A DNA stretch of 64,000 nt from Eutreptiella sp. 'Long Island Sound 2002' (GCA_964036045.1 OZ038378.1:5704001-5768000), one strand, 5' to 3'; shown: positions 1 to 12,900, counted from the stretch's first letter. Numbers and translations are program-made. Notes: generated from the sequence alone by a model not told the origin.

Positions 1-2144
1 TGTGGTGCACGTCAGTGCCCAGGGCCCCGAAATGGCAGGCGGTGACGGGGGGGAGCTCGGGCTGCAGCTGCTGTTGAAGTGGCTGGAGTTGGTCCGGAAG
101 CCGGCAACTCCTACTGAGACGCCTCCGCCAGCGCAGCCCGCCCCTGTCCCGATTGCGAATGTGTCAGAGGAAGTCTTGATGAACACGAGGGTACCGCTGA
201 AGGTGGGATGAGGCACGGTTGGAGGGGGCGCCGGGGTCCAGGTCCCAGTGGAGGTTGTAGACCAAACGGCCCCTTGGGACGGCAGTCAGGGGCATGATGC
301 TCAGGGTTCGGGTCGGATTCCGCTCCACCTCCGTGGGATCCACCTGGTCTTCCATACAGAAGACGGTGCTCCAATCTGCAGAAGCATTATCGTGCACCTG
401 CCACATATGCCCCCCCCACATATGTCTGGTGCGGTTGACATGCCTGCACATGCGTGTCCCGGAGGGAGACGAGGCCCTCTCCGGGGGAATGCATGCCATA
501 GGGCGGATTTGGGCGCCACCCGCAAGCATTAGAGCACGCCGGGATCGTCGTTTTGGTGGCCGACGCCTCGGGGATTAGGCTTCAGGGGCCTGGCAGCTCC
601 TCTCGCGTGTGTTCAACCTCCCTGACATCCTCTGTGTTGGGGGGGGGGGGGGGGCTGGGGGTCACCCTCCGGTGTGTTCCTCCCCGTTGTCCCACTCTTC
701 TGTGTGTCCTGTTTCTTGCTGCCACTGAGTTCATGTACTTCTGAGTGGGTGCCATGTTGCAGCAGGGGGATGGCTCTAGCAAAGCGTGAGTGGCCGAAGG
801 CTCTACACCGGGTGCAACCGATCACGCACCCGCTCCCCTTCAGCCCCCCCCCCCCCCCCCACGGTGGTGTCCACCGCTTTCTGGGAATTAGGCCATCTGG
901 TCGCATAAACGACCTTTGCTATGGCGGTCTTTTCCCCTCCAACTACCGTTTGCTGCGGGCGACCCATGTCCCCAAACTGGTCCCTGACACGGTCCGAATC
1001 CCCCCACCCCAAAAGGTATTCAAACGAGTGCGTCAGTGAGTGGGTGTGGGGGTCTGCTGTGTTGCAGTTCTGCAGGCCGAGTTGTAAGGAGTCACCGCGC
1101 CTCATCATTGTTCTTGGCAGCACCCGCCAACTGGACTGGGATGACGGTTGATAGTGAAGCGACCATTGCCGAAGCTTTGGGTAGAAACGAGTCTAGTAGT
1201 GTTGGGTGATGCCCTGCGGTCTGCGTGTGATTGCGTGTGTGTACATATCAGCAGATGCGCCGCGTGTGTGGCCGTGTGTTCGACGGGGCTACAGTACCCC
1301 CCCCCCCCCCAAACAATTTGAACCGATTCTGCATGGCAGTCTCCGGGCCAGCCCTGCGTACAGTCTGCCCCGAGCTGGAGAATGCATGCCACAGCCCATG
1401 CCTGCGGCCACAGTCGATGCCCGAGGCATTCGACTGCTGCTGTGAGCGGACTCGCCCTGGACAGCCTGCACTCCTGTGGCTCTTGTGAATTTCGACGCGG
1501 TCCTGGCTGCGTGTACGGAGTGCGGGCACGTACGCAGGTTTCCATTGCTTTGAGGGGATGGTTCCGGCCAATGCGTTGACAGGAGTTCCCGGATGGGCAA
1601 CCCAACCACGACAGGTTTAGCGTTCTGCGCACCCTTACCCCGTTTTCTCTCAGCAACGTGACCGTGCATTGTACATAGGTACAGTCAGTACCCAACCAAA
1701 ACGTTTCTAATGCACCTTACCCGCGGTCCTGTTGTCTGGTCCCTCAAGGCGTTGAAGGCTGCAAGTGTCGAATGGAGCCTTGGGCTGAGAAGCTCCATTC
1801 AGGGCAGCTGTACGCCGCTTCTCAGCAGGGTCCCATTTGGTGCTATGCACACGAGAGAGTAGAGGGGGATGGAGTGTGACGGCCAGCACTTCAATTTTCT
1901 CAGATGACAATACGCCATCTATCTTTCATTTCCGTTTGCACGGGTGCGTGCGTACAGCGTGTCTGTGTGTATATATGTGCGTGCATGCATGCAGGCAGAT
2001 ATGTGTACGGGTATGTATGCTTCGATACCTCCAATTCACAGTTCACCACAGTTCAGAAGCTCTGCCATATCCGCGTGCTGCTGTACATGAGTTGTGCTCA
2101 ACCACAGTAGGGATCACGCCAGAGATTGCACAGCACTTTTGCTG

Positions 2145-2314
<170 letters not shown>

Positions 2315-3649
2315 TGATGTGTTGGGGGGGGGTGCTTGTTTAAACTCCCTCAGAAACCCTTGTGAGGCCTCAGAAACCTTGGATGAATTCTTTTTTGCAG
2401 GCCATGACTGCATGTCATACCCCTCGTGTTAAGGATTCGGGCAAAGGGTAATTATACCAGGGGATTGCAATATGTTGTTGCTGAGCCCTGCAGCAGCAGT
2501 GTTTTTCCTATTTGGTGTGTTACTTTGTGTGGTTTCCTGTTGTGTGGTTTCCTGTGTGCTGCGCTGTATAAATGGCTAGTGTGCTGCCATTTGAAGTATC
2601 CTCTGTGCCATTTTGTGCCTTTCTGCGTGTTTTGTTCTTTCCAACAGTGTCCATGCAACCCGGTGTATCTGCAGCACCCTTGGCATACGCCTTCGGATTC
2701 TTCAGCAGCGACACATCAACGGCCTGCCTCATATTATATAGTGCGTGCGTGTGTGCGTGCGTGCGTGCGTGCCTGCGTGTGTGTGTATCCATTGCGTTGC
2801 AGAGTCCGCCTTGTGCATGCCAAAGCACACCAAAATGGCGGTGCATGACTGCTAGGACCCATCTCTCATCATTTCAGGACAAACATTGAACATACATCTC
2901 TCATTCTCTCATTCTCTCATTCAATGTATCTCTATATACGAGCCTGCACCCAGACGAGTCCCACCTGTGAGTAGAACACTCTGTACATACAACTCTGCAG
3001 GCTCCGGAATATAGTTGCTTCTGCAGTCGCTCTGCTCTTGTGCTGCGGGCTGATTAAATCCCTTCATCATTTACTTTGCCTTGACCTACCCAGTCTGCAG
3101 AGGGGAACTTCCCCTCGCCCTGTCCTCCCAACCCTGCGTTGTCAGGGAGGTGCTACAGTCTGCAGAGGGAGCACCCTGTCGCCCCGTTCTTGTCCACTCT
3201 GGACAGTGCTGGGTCTTGGAGTGCAATGCAATTTTGACAGGATGGCCAGACTCCCCACCCATCACACCACCCATGTGTTGCAGTGTGCTCCATGCCGGTT
3301 TTCATATTGATGCAAAAAAATTTTGACACACAACATGTAAGCTATCATGTTTGCATATTTGCGGATGTCTGGAGAGCAGTGTTGGGGTGTGAAAACATAT
3401 TCGCCAATCTGCTTGAGTAAATCTTGTGTTCTTTTTATGCTGTGCGCAAACATTGGCCGCATGTGGGCGGATCCCCCCCATCCCCCCCCCACTGCCTCCC
3501 GTTTGCCACCCAGCACCATGTCGCAGCAAAACCCTGTAGCCCCGCTTTCCATGTGCTGCCCGACCCCAAACATAGCAACCCAGAATGCTGTGCTGTCTCT
3601 GCCTGCAGGCTCACTGTGCTTGTGCTGTTGTTCTGCCACATGAACTCAT

Positions 3650-4400
3650 CCCCCGTCCCTGCCTCCTGCCTCAATTAATTCAGCCCTGCCCCTCTGACCT
3701 GTGTACTCTCGTGTTGTTTTCCTTGTGCTCCTCTTCATTGCCAACATGTTTGCACTGCACCTCTTGGAACGGCAAGATTGTGCCAACACGGAGACAACGG
3801 GTACATGGGCCGGGGTAGTGGGCCTGGGGCATACAGCTGAACCCAGGACCCTGTACACTGAGATGCAACAATGAGATGCCAGCATGGAACGTGGAACAGG
3901 CACAAGACTGTGCGACGTTTCTGGCACTGATGCACAAAGAACGGGTGTTCCCACTGTCCTGTCTATGTGCAAATGGAGATGAATGCCAACAAAGGCTTGC
4001 ACCACAGTCATGATAATGCAGGAGACATAGGCAGGCAGCCGCCCCATGTGCTTGCTTCAGTGTCTTGTAGTTGCCTCACACACTAAAGCATTGGTATGGG
4101 CCAGGATGTTGTGCTCCGTTGCAAGGGTTGGGGCAAACGCCACCATGCTTCAGCAATAATGCAGCCGCAGGTCCCACGCACCTCATCCAGCCACAAATTT
4201 GGATGGGTCCAACCGGAGCACACATTGTGGCAACGGATGTAAATGTCCACCTGTTCCAAGTCTTCTGGCATATAATGGCCTGCAACGTGTTGATTCCCCC
4301 CTTGTTGATTTAGGGTTGGGGATCATAGATGTAAAGATTCACAGTGGGCCAATGTGCACCATAGAACACATAGAGTGCATCTGATTCTGCTGTTGAAGCT
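3650..4400 (-). mobile_element. Decayed non-LTR retroelement C-terminal remnant (Zn knuckle/RLE-like)
   Basis: Across frameshifts the minus strand reads CPNPCNG ... HNILAHTNALVCEATTRH* (4140-4055), resembling the CxxC...HIL..C...RH(D/N) motif of R2/CRE-type elements; many stops. Confidence 0.35.
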
Positions 4401-4712
4401 TGTCATGCCTTTGGTTGCGGGGCATAAGGGCACAGGTTGCCACACCAATCAGTCACGTTGCCATGGCCCATGGAAGGGTCAGTCCAAAAAGAAAATTTCC
4501 TTTACGCTATGCATTCCAGCCCCATCACAAAGATGATCCCAAGAGGCACATCTCAACCCTCTCATTTGTTGGGCTTTTGCATTATGTTGGAGATGGGATC
4601 ACATGCATGCTTGGGCAACTACTTCTAGGTTGCTAGTTGGTGTTTTGTTGGATGAAGTACCGAGAAAACAAGGGGGGTTTGTGTTGTGCCAACATATGAC
4701 CTTATCACTGTA

Positions 4713-6420
4713 TCACTGTGGTCCTTTGCGACTCATTGCCAGACCATTTCCTTGCTCTAGGGTGCTGCTTGCACCCATAACTACGGCGCCATGACCGCAT
4801 CGGCGGGCACTTCCGACACACACACAGTATTGCCCACCGTAGGTCGCTGGTCCTACTACAGTGACCACGCGGTGTCGTACCCTCCTTGGTGACGGACTGT
4901 GGAGCAATTTCCCTTTCCTTGACATGCGCAGGACCGCCTGCCGGGCCGCCTCCAAGAGGCTCCGTGTTGCCGACCAATGCTCATGCACGATTTCGGCACT
5001 AGTCGACTAAATGCGGCAGTGGGAGGCATGCCATTCCGCACGGAGGAAGGCGCGGGCAGCTCGTTGATACATCTGTGACGCCTCATGCATGGAGGCCGCC
5101 ATCCACGAGTCTCTAGCACGGAGGTAGTAGTGCGACATTGCCGCCCACGTCTCAAAGCGTTGGAATGCAATCCGGTTGTGGAACATCAAGTTACTGAGGG
5201 ATGATACTCGCTCCTTATGATCCTCACAATAGCCAGCTGCGTGGCTGGCCCACAAAGCGAAGGACGTGCACATGTAGTGCAGGTGTTTCAATTGTGTGGT
5301 GTGAAAAAGCTGCCTGAGTCCGTCTTGAAATGTATTGCCCCTGAAAGTAATGAAAAAGTCCTTACCAACAATCATTTGGTAATTGGGGTGCCTCTTCTAG
5401 ATTTAATAGTGTTGGCTGATTGGCATCAGACCTGTGCTCCAACACGCTTTTCCCTAAACCAACCTCCCACCCGTGGTCTTTGGAACATAAGCCTTTCGAC
5501 CATCTCTTGTGTCCTGCACAACAGCAAAGCATCGCAAACACAAAGTATCAAGACGCTGTGGTCCACAATGGTTTACAAGACAAATTGCGATGCCACAACG
5601 GAATGTAGGATGGTTATGGCAGGATACAAGAAAAACAGAGCTTCCAGTGCCCACATCAATAATCGGGACCTTAGAGAATAATGTGTTTCACACATAGCCT
5701 CAACCTTGGGGCCATCGCACTCCCAGTAGAATGCCTCAGTCAGTAGCCAGGCACCAAATGGTTGATAGTGCAACATCAAGCATGAAGTATGAAGGTTGCT
5801 GGTAAACCCGTTTGACTCCCATAAGGCTGCCACTCGAGATCTCACAGCGCGTTGCCTTCCAAGATACTACTCTTCTAAGCGCCAAGCGCTATGGTTGGCG
5901 TTCGGGCCGTGCTGGAGAGCACTCACGTAGGTATGGCAGAAGGCACAGAGGATCACCCCATTCCACGGCTCCCCCCATGTGGTGTCCTCTGGACACCAGT
6001 CCCGGTGCACTCACTCACGACTGCATCATTGACCATTTCTTGCAGCCCCAAGTCATTCTAAATATCGTGCACTAACCTGTTAATTGAGCGATTGAGCAAT
6101 GACCAAATTGCCTATGACACGGGGGCTTTTCCGTAGCTAAGTATCTGTTGCTTCATGGCCCCCGGAAGTAGAAGCAAGCGCCTCTAGAGCAACATACGCA
6201 AGCGCCGCCGTAGAAGCAGAAGCAAGCGTTGTTGGAGCAACATGAGCAAGAACCGTTGGTGCAATAGGAGCCAATGCCGCCGCAGAAGCAGCAAGGCCCT
6301 ATGAAATTCTAAAATTAAGCCATCAATGCCCGGGGGTGACGACCATCGCAAGGCATGGCCATCAATTTGAAGCCGGGAATAGATTCCAGCCAGTTGCACT
6401 CTGGTGCCTGGCTCTCCAGC
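4713..6420 (-). pseudogene. Decayed coding region of unknown identity
   Basis: ORFs 5007-5375 and 4713-4988 are in the same frame, separated by one TAG plus 6 codons (~220 codons together). An upstream Ala-rich repetitive frame (AASAAALAPIAPTVLAHVAPTTLASAS) lies at ~6180-6300. Confidence 0.35.
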
Positions 6421-6937
6421 TCCTTATACCCGAGGTGATTTGCTCTTTGGTCATGTGAAATGCTTTCTCACATATCAGTAAGGCAGAGGCAACCATCTGT
6501 TTTGTTTAATGGTGTGACGTGACTGTGTTGTGTGTGTTGTGTGACTGCGCGGGGAGGGTCCATGGTGTCTGCGGTGTGAGCACTGTATGTGAGTGCTCAC
6601 ACACGGTGAGTTGAGCCACATGGGGGCACCCATTGAGGCGAGGCCGATGGCACACCTTTGGGGGTCGTCTGAGTCCCTTTTGGAGATCCTCCCCCCCCTT
6701 CACGGCTCAGGTGATGGAGGCTCGGAATTCCGGGCTGAGACGGCCCTGGACCCCAAAATTCGGAAAAAGTGAAAATGGCAATTTTGGAATCAGCACAACC
6801 AGCAGATTCATAAAAGTCCCCATTGGCCGCGGATTTGGTGGGGAAAAAATCAACCATTCTTGGCCCCCCTCATTTCCCGCCGCCCCAGCCCCCCTGTCTT
6901 TCAGCAAGCTCCCCCCCCCCCCCCCGCACACAAACTA

Positions 6938-7688
6938 CCCCCCCCCCCCCCCTTGTATAAGCTACGCCCTTGTCCAAGCTACAGTAGGCGTAGGCACCGT
7001 ATTAATTTGGGACCTAATTTTAATTCGGTACCAAACGTAGTGCAGCCACATAAGACATGGGTTTCACGAATTTGCCAGTCACATCGAGTCATGGGCACAT
7101 TTGTTGTGAGTGTTTCCCCACTTGAACCCACCCCATCTCTCAGTCCTCTTCTTCAAGTGATGATTCTAGTGACTCCGATGATGCTCCCACTGAATTTGTT
7201 TGGGCTAAGGCTGCCTGAGGTGTGTGGGGAATGGCCCATGTCTTTGATGGGAAGTTGTATTTTACAAGAGACCACGTTCAAATCAATTTCATTCCCAAGA
7301 ACTTGAAGTTGCCTCAGCCCAATCCAGCTCCTAAACCTTCGGCAAAGGCATCTTCAAAAGCATCTTCAAGTGGTGAGCATGTGCGGTTGTTCCGCATCGT
7401 GTATGATCGCAAGAAGGGTTTCCAAGCTGAACATTTGTAGGCTTCTCATGCTTCATTGCTTGTGAGAACATGGGTGGGAACCTGAATTTCCATGTTTCAA
7501 ACACTTTCTTGTGTTTGCATGCCTTTGGAAACATGGGTGGAGGTTGAGGTGCACTCATACGATGCGCTCACTTACCTGTGTGTCGGTAGTTGTATGTGTC
7601 GCAAGCTACGCCCGTGTCCAAGCTACAGTAGGGGTAGGGACCGTATTAATTTGGGACTTTGGCGTAGCTTATACAAGGGGGGGGGGGG
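6938..7688. mobile_element. MITE-like element with C-run + 16-bp perfect terminal inverted repeats
   Basis: Left C15-TTGTATAAGCTACGCC (6938-6968); right GGCGTAGCTTATACAA-G12 (7661-7688), an exact reverse complement. A ~55-bp subterminal segment is repeated directly (6958-7010 vs 7603-7657). Flanks are TA and TTA. Confidence 0.85.
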
Positions 7689-7746
7689 TTATCTCTCCCT
7701 TCCTATCTTGGGGGGGGCTCCAAAACAGGAACGAAGCAAAAAAGGC

Positions 7747-8150
7747 AAAAAGGCTACATAACTTGTGCTTGCTTTGGGCAGGGAAAGTAGGTCAGAAACA
7801 AAATGGCTACCTGCCCCGAGCCTTCTACATGGCCGCAAAGCTGGGAGGTAACAAAAATGGCTGTACAACCCCATGTTCTTGAGGGGGGGAAAGGGGGATG
7901 GAAAGAGAAATGGCTCCATTTAGCTCCTGGGGATAACCAGAGAAGAGACCAAAATTGCTACATGATTCATGCCTGCAAAGTGGACGAAGAAAAAACAATG
8001 GCTACATTACCAGTGCCTTTCTAGCGCTTGCAAAGCGAGGACAAAACGAATGGCTACATAATGTCTATCTTCTTCACAGCTGCAAATGGGGCAGAAACAG
8101 AATTGAATACATAACCCTTGCTTTCTTGGGGGCTGCAAAGCGGGCCAGAC
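7747..8150 (+). repeat. Degenerate ~53-bp minisatellite (aaaatggctacataacc...caaag), ~8 units
   Basis: aa(a/t)ggctac(a)t-like heads at ~7747, 7799, 7854, 7908, 7951, 7995, 8048 and 8101; the rest of the unit is also weakly conserved (caaag). Confidence 0.75.
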
Positions 8151-9530
8151 ACAGGCACAGTGACCAGCTGAAAAGTGACAGACCTGGGCCAGTGTGGTAT
8201 GCACTTCCGCAAAGTGCAGAGCATAGATCTCCCACAGGTCAAGGGGCATTGACCAGCCGAAAGGTGTGCCCTGGGAAGAGTGCAGCACAAACTCTCACAG
8301 AGTGTCAAGAGATCAAGCACTGTCAGGTATTCACACACCATGATCAAGCGGGAAAGACTTCCAGTCCAGATTTTGGAAAACGTGTGCTCAGCATCAAGGT
8401 GATGTATGTGAGTGCACGTTTGTTAGTTGAATCTGTGCCCATCCTGCATGCCTTTGGCACAGTTTTGTTTTGGGCCTGTAATTTCATTCTTTGACAGCAC
8501 ATTGCAGCACAATTTTCTAGGCATCAGAAATCCGCATGTATTTTGTGTTGCTGTGGAGCTGGTTTCTTTGCAGGGTTAGGTATCTGATGGTTCTTGCCCA
8601 ATATGCATGCAGTGCGCACAAGGTGTCCACACAATGTGCACACAATGCAAGGACAACCCCAAGGAAAGCCAGCGATGCACATTGGCCAGCTTACAGGTGG
8701 TGGCACTGAGTAGTTGCATTGCTCTTTGGTTTGGTGTTGGACAGGAAGGCACTTGTTTTATTTGACAAAGCATGATACTTCGGAGATGCTCGCGATATTG
8801 GCCCCTGTGGTGAAGATGGTCACTTTGGAAACCCGTCTGGTTCAAGTCACATTGGCCGAAAGGGCAAGCGTTAAGTGCAAGCACAAGAAATACAAGAGGT
8901 CTAACGAGGAGGATGCTGCCAACAGGGGGTATGATATATTTCCACAAATATGACTCTTCTTCCAACTGAATGCAACGCATTTCACACACCATTTTTTCAT
9001 ACTTCTCATACCCTGCTATTTTGGAGACAGAGTCTGCAGCTTGGCTCATGGGGTCAGTTTTGGTGGGGTATGCAGCGTCAACCACTCAGTGGGCTGGAGA
9101 TTCGCCATAATAACTGTGCAAACGTGGCCAAAGGGTGAATTAGGGGTTCCAAACAGCAGTGGGTTGCAAGATATATAGCGGTGCACTGCCTTGGTTGTGT
9201 TCTTTTGGGGTCCGGAATCCCTTGTGAAACCTGGCTTGCATATTCTTTTGATTTTGATCTGATACTGTGGGATCCATCCAAAGCAAAGTTTAGTCAGTAC
9301 AAGCATTTTCAACATTGAGTAGTGTAGTAGCAGTGAGCAGTGTAGAGCGGTGTAAAGCATTGCAGAGCAGTTGTGTGTCAAGCTTAAATGCTGTGTAGAG
9401 CAGTGTTGAGCACTGTAGAGCACTGTAGCCCGATGCAAAGCAATGCAGAGTAGTGTAGAGTCCGAACCCTCCAGCGAGACAGCCTCCCGTTGCCGTTGCC
9501 TGAATTGCTTTTGGTTACGGATGATTCCCA

Positions 9531-9541
9531 TTTCAGCCTTC
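9531..9541 (+). promoter_or_regulatory. Putative 3' splice acceptor (trans- or cis-) immediately upstream of the LIM gene ATG
   Basis: cccatttcag|ccttcATG; AG lies 5 nt before ATG 9542. Confidence 0.45.
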
Positions 9542-11059
9542 ATGTCTGCACCCTCTATTCCAAAGTCTCCCAAGCCAGGGTCTGGAAGGTCTCCTGCAAA
9601 GCCTGGGATTGTGGGATCTCAACGAAGTCCCACTCCAACACGACCTCTGAGGCCCATTCAGGCCACGTCTGAGAAAGGGCAGTCTGCTGAAAAGAAGACA
9701 AAGGGCTTGGCTGATTCAGTAAAAGGGAAAGGGTCGCATTGTGGGGGCTGTGGTCTCAGTATTACGGGAACTTTTGTGACAGCCCTCCAACAGGCCTGGC
9801 ATGTTGATTGCTTCAAATGTGGAAGCTGCCAACTGCCCATTCGGGAGACATCATATCAGAGCAACGGCAAGCAAGCATTCCACATCAACTGTAAAACTGC
9901 AAATGCAGCAAACCGCGTCTGCGCTGGATGCAAGGAACCCATCACATCAAACAAATGCACAAATGCCCTTGGAGAATTGTGGCATGTGGATTGCTTCAAG
10001 TGCAATGTTTGTGGTGGTACTATCACGGGGGACAAATTCGCCGTCGACGGAGGAAAGCCCGTTCATCTCGCATGCCGAACCACAGCCGCCCCTCGGCATC
10101 TTTGTTCGTGTGGATGCCTGAAACCCATTGACAACCCTTCTGACGTGGTCAGTGCTTTCGGGGCCAAGTGGCATATCGATTGCTTCAAGTGTGGGGTTTG
10201 CGGCGAGCCAATCATGAAGGTGACAGAGGCCATTTTGCAGGGGCTGAAGCCGTATCACAAGTCGTGCAAGACATCTGAGGACGCCAAAATGATGGACATG
10301 GGCAATACTGCGACGCGGGCACGGACTCGGGCACGTACAATGGCGCGCGCAATGGGACTGCCAATGGCCCCTACAGTGGCCCCTACAGTGGCAGCCCTTG
10401 ACTGTTCCCCAGCAAACCCAGCGGACGACGTTTCTCGTACACTTCAGCTGGAGCAGGACACCGTTGTACAGCCCCGCCAGCTGCTTTGCCCTGTGGAATC
10501 CGCGAAGCTTGACCAGGACACAGTAGTGCACGACAGTTTGAACGAGGCCACTGTCACATCGCGAGGGCTGTTGGATGACGACACTTTCGTGCAAGACAAA
10601 ATGACCAGCCAGGATACATTTGTCAGCGACCGTGGCTTGGATGAGGCCACTATCATCCAGCCCAGGTCCAGCGACGCACCGTGTGTGCCCACATATGTGG
10701 CAGAACAACTCCGGGGAGAGCATTACAATGCAACAATGAAGAGCGCCAGTTCTGGGGGGAGCAGTAGCTTGCGCAAAAGCGCTGGCTCCACAGCGGGGCA
10801 CAGCTTTCGGTCCGCAGCCTCCTTGCAATCCACAGGCAGTTTGGCTTCCATTCCCGATGGGTTGCTTTGGGTGGCATCCGACAGCGTGGCAATTTGTGGG
10901 GGTTGTTATTTCCTCATTGAGGATGCAGATCGTGTGACTGTGGGACAGGAGGACTGGCATCAGAGTTGTTTCAAGTGCTGCTCATGTGGGAAATTTTTGA
11001 ACACTACGGAAGAGTATCGACGAAACAGACAGGGACTGCACTGTATGCAATGTAAGTAG
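9542..11059 (+). CDS. Intronless LIM-domain protein (3 N-terminal LIM + 1 C-terminal LIM), ~505 aa, paxillin/leupaxin-like
   Basis: Four CxxC-x16-17-WHxxCFKCxxC motifs (WHVDCFKC x2, WHIDCFKC, WHQSCFKC). Start chosen at MSAPS (9542) after the acceptor-like AG; the ORF is open from 9443; stop TAG 11057-11059. Confidence 0.93.
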   Translation: MSAPSIPKSPKPGSGRSPAKPGIVGSQRSPTPTRPLRPIQATSEKGQSAEKKTKGLADSVKGKGSHCGGCGLSITGTFVTALQQAWHVDCFKCGSCQLPIRETSYQSNGKQAFHINCKTANAANRVCAGCKEPITSNKCTNALGELWHVDCFKCNVCGGTITGDKFAVDGGKPVHLACRTTAAPRHLCSCGCLKPIDNPSDVVSAFGAKWHIDCFKCGVCGEPIMKVTEAILQGLKPYHKSCKTSEDAKMMDMGNTATRARTRARTMARAMGLPMAPTVAPTVAALDCSPANPADDVSRTLQLEQDTVVQPRQLLCPVESAKLDQDTVVHDSLNEATVTSRGLLDDDTFVQDKMTSQDTFVSDRGLDEATIIQPRSSDAPCVPTYVAEQLRGEHYNATMKSASSGGSSSLRKSAGSTAGHSFRSAASLQSTGSLASIPDGLLWVASDSVAICGGCYFLIEDADRVTVGQEDWHQSCFKCCSCGKFLNTTEEYRRNRQGLHCMQCK

Positions 11060-12685
11060 CATCGTTGCAGAACGCCGCTGTGTCCACAGAAACAGGCATC
11101 AGGAGGTCAGGTCAGGGATCGAGGGGATTGGAGTTTCTGTACAAATTGAGGAATGGTACTCTGAATAGTTGGGTAGTTCTGTTGTTGGCGAGGGTATGTG
11201 ACAAATGCCTGTTGCATCACCGGGGCGGTTTGGAACTGCACGTTCGGTCCCCCAAACGTAAGGCAGAACGGTGTCTATTGAATTGAGGTAACTTCTGTGG
11301 TTTTCTGTGCAGAAACCAGGACCGAGAGGTTGTCCAGCTCAACACCAAGCGACCCTGGAAAGAAACAAGATACAGGGGCCCTCTGCAAGACTGCCTGGCT
11401 GTTCCTATGAGCATCCTTCAGCCCTGAGTTGTTGTTGGTTGAGCGGTCCGCCTCTTTAGAAGCCCCAGTCTCTTTGCTCCAGCTCTTCTTTTGCTGTTTC
11501 TTCAAATGTTCTCCGCAGTGGCCTGTTCCACAATTCCAATCGGTGCCCTTGGTTCCAGTATTTTGTGAGCCCCACCCTCACGTTTTGAGGGCGGCTTGGA
11601 GTCTTTAGACGCCAGAGGTCTTCTGCTGTGTCTTGTAGGTCCAGCAAGGAGCCTTTATTTCGAGTACTGGATGGCATTTTCTGTACCATATACACATTTG
11701 TGCAATAAGTTACTTATCCTGGCCCCAAAATGCCGCCTATTCTTTTTGTGGAGGAACGTTTGCAAGACATGACTGGCTTCTGTCTTGCTTGCTGCCATGG
11801 GCCTCACAGGCATGGCAACACGTACTCCCCGCATGTCTTCTTTCAGTGTGATCATCAGAAAACAAGGCGAGCTCACAGTTCAGTACTTCAGGGGCTCACT
11901 CCAACCCTGCAGAAGAGGTCTCGCTTTTTTGGACAGTAGGGCCTGCTTTGAAGTTACCTGAATACCTCACTCGGAGACACAGGCAGTTGTGCCCCTCTGT
12001 TACAAGGCTTCACTAGCCGTGCAAATCACCGATCCATTGGATCTGTTTTGGGGCCAATGACTTGTGCCTATCAATGTCTGATTTTGTCAACACAGTGCGA
12101 TGTATGAGTTGTGTGCTTTTATTTATGCTGCCAGATTGCTGTCCTTTCTGTGAGGGTGCTGTCAACAGCAAGTTGTGTTGCATTGCTGCACACAGAATGC
12201 CCCTGCAGTACTAGTGCGCTCTATGAATGCACAACACTGACTGGAAATGTGATATGCGGTTTGTGTTGCTTTCCAATTATCCAGAGCGTCAAAGGGACCT
12301 CACTGCAAAGTGTAATACCCCCCTTCCCTGCCAGAACAATGAAGCTAAGCCTAGAAGTTGATGCCTCTGTTCTGCCGTGCCTGCACGTGTGGTCTTTGGA
12401 ACAGTTCAGGGCAGGGAAGTAAACTGTAGCTGGCGATGTTTCAGGGAAGGGGAAAAGGGAGACGGAGCAAGGGAGGGATGGTGGTGAGCAAGCTTGGCAA
12501 AACAATCTCTCCACCTAGCCCTGGTTTATCCCTGCCTCTGCCATGCCCCTGATACTGCGAACAAATGGCATGAATATTAAGAGGGCAGTGCGCTGGGTGC
12601 ATGCTGGGCATCCTATTAGGCTGAAACGTCCACAACCAACACTCCCAAAGCACTACCCAAGACTTCAACCAAGGGACATGAGAAG

Positions 12686-12900
12686 GCAGGGGTTGTAGCC
12701 ACTTTGGTTCCTCCCCGCTTTGAGGACCTGAGAGAGACGGGTTATGCAGAAACTTTTGAGCCTCTTCGCATAGGGGTGAAGTAGCCACTTTGATTCCGCT
12801 CCGCTTTGGTGACCCCGAGACGGCAAGGGTTATGTACCATTTTGATTCTTCCCCGCTGAGGGGATCCCAAGACAGCAGGTTGTCTAGCCGCTGTTGATTG
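12686..12900 (-). repeat. Same ~53-bp minisatellite family in reverse orientation, ~4 units
   Basis: gggttatgtaccattttgattcttccccgct and gtagccactttgattccgctccgctttggtgaccccgaga are reverse complements of the aaaatggctacataaccc...caaagcgg unit. Confidence 0.7.

Noticed and set aside
735-750. acttctgagtg resembling the start of the euglenid spliced-leader exon
   Set aside because: The match ends after ~11 nt, with no T-tract or GT donor context.
1-1700. GC-rich ORF fragments at the window start, and at 24240-25330 and 50100-51110
   Set aside because: Probably element debris, but I found no recognisable motif or consistent frame.
7747-8150. CRISPR-like repeat/spacer appearance of the 53-bp array
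   Set aside because: Heads are degenerate, the 'spacers' are related to each other, there are no cas genes, and the context is eukaryotic; it is a minisatellite.
9947-10960. 337-aa minus-strand ORF
   Set aside because: Antisense shadow of the LIM CDS.
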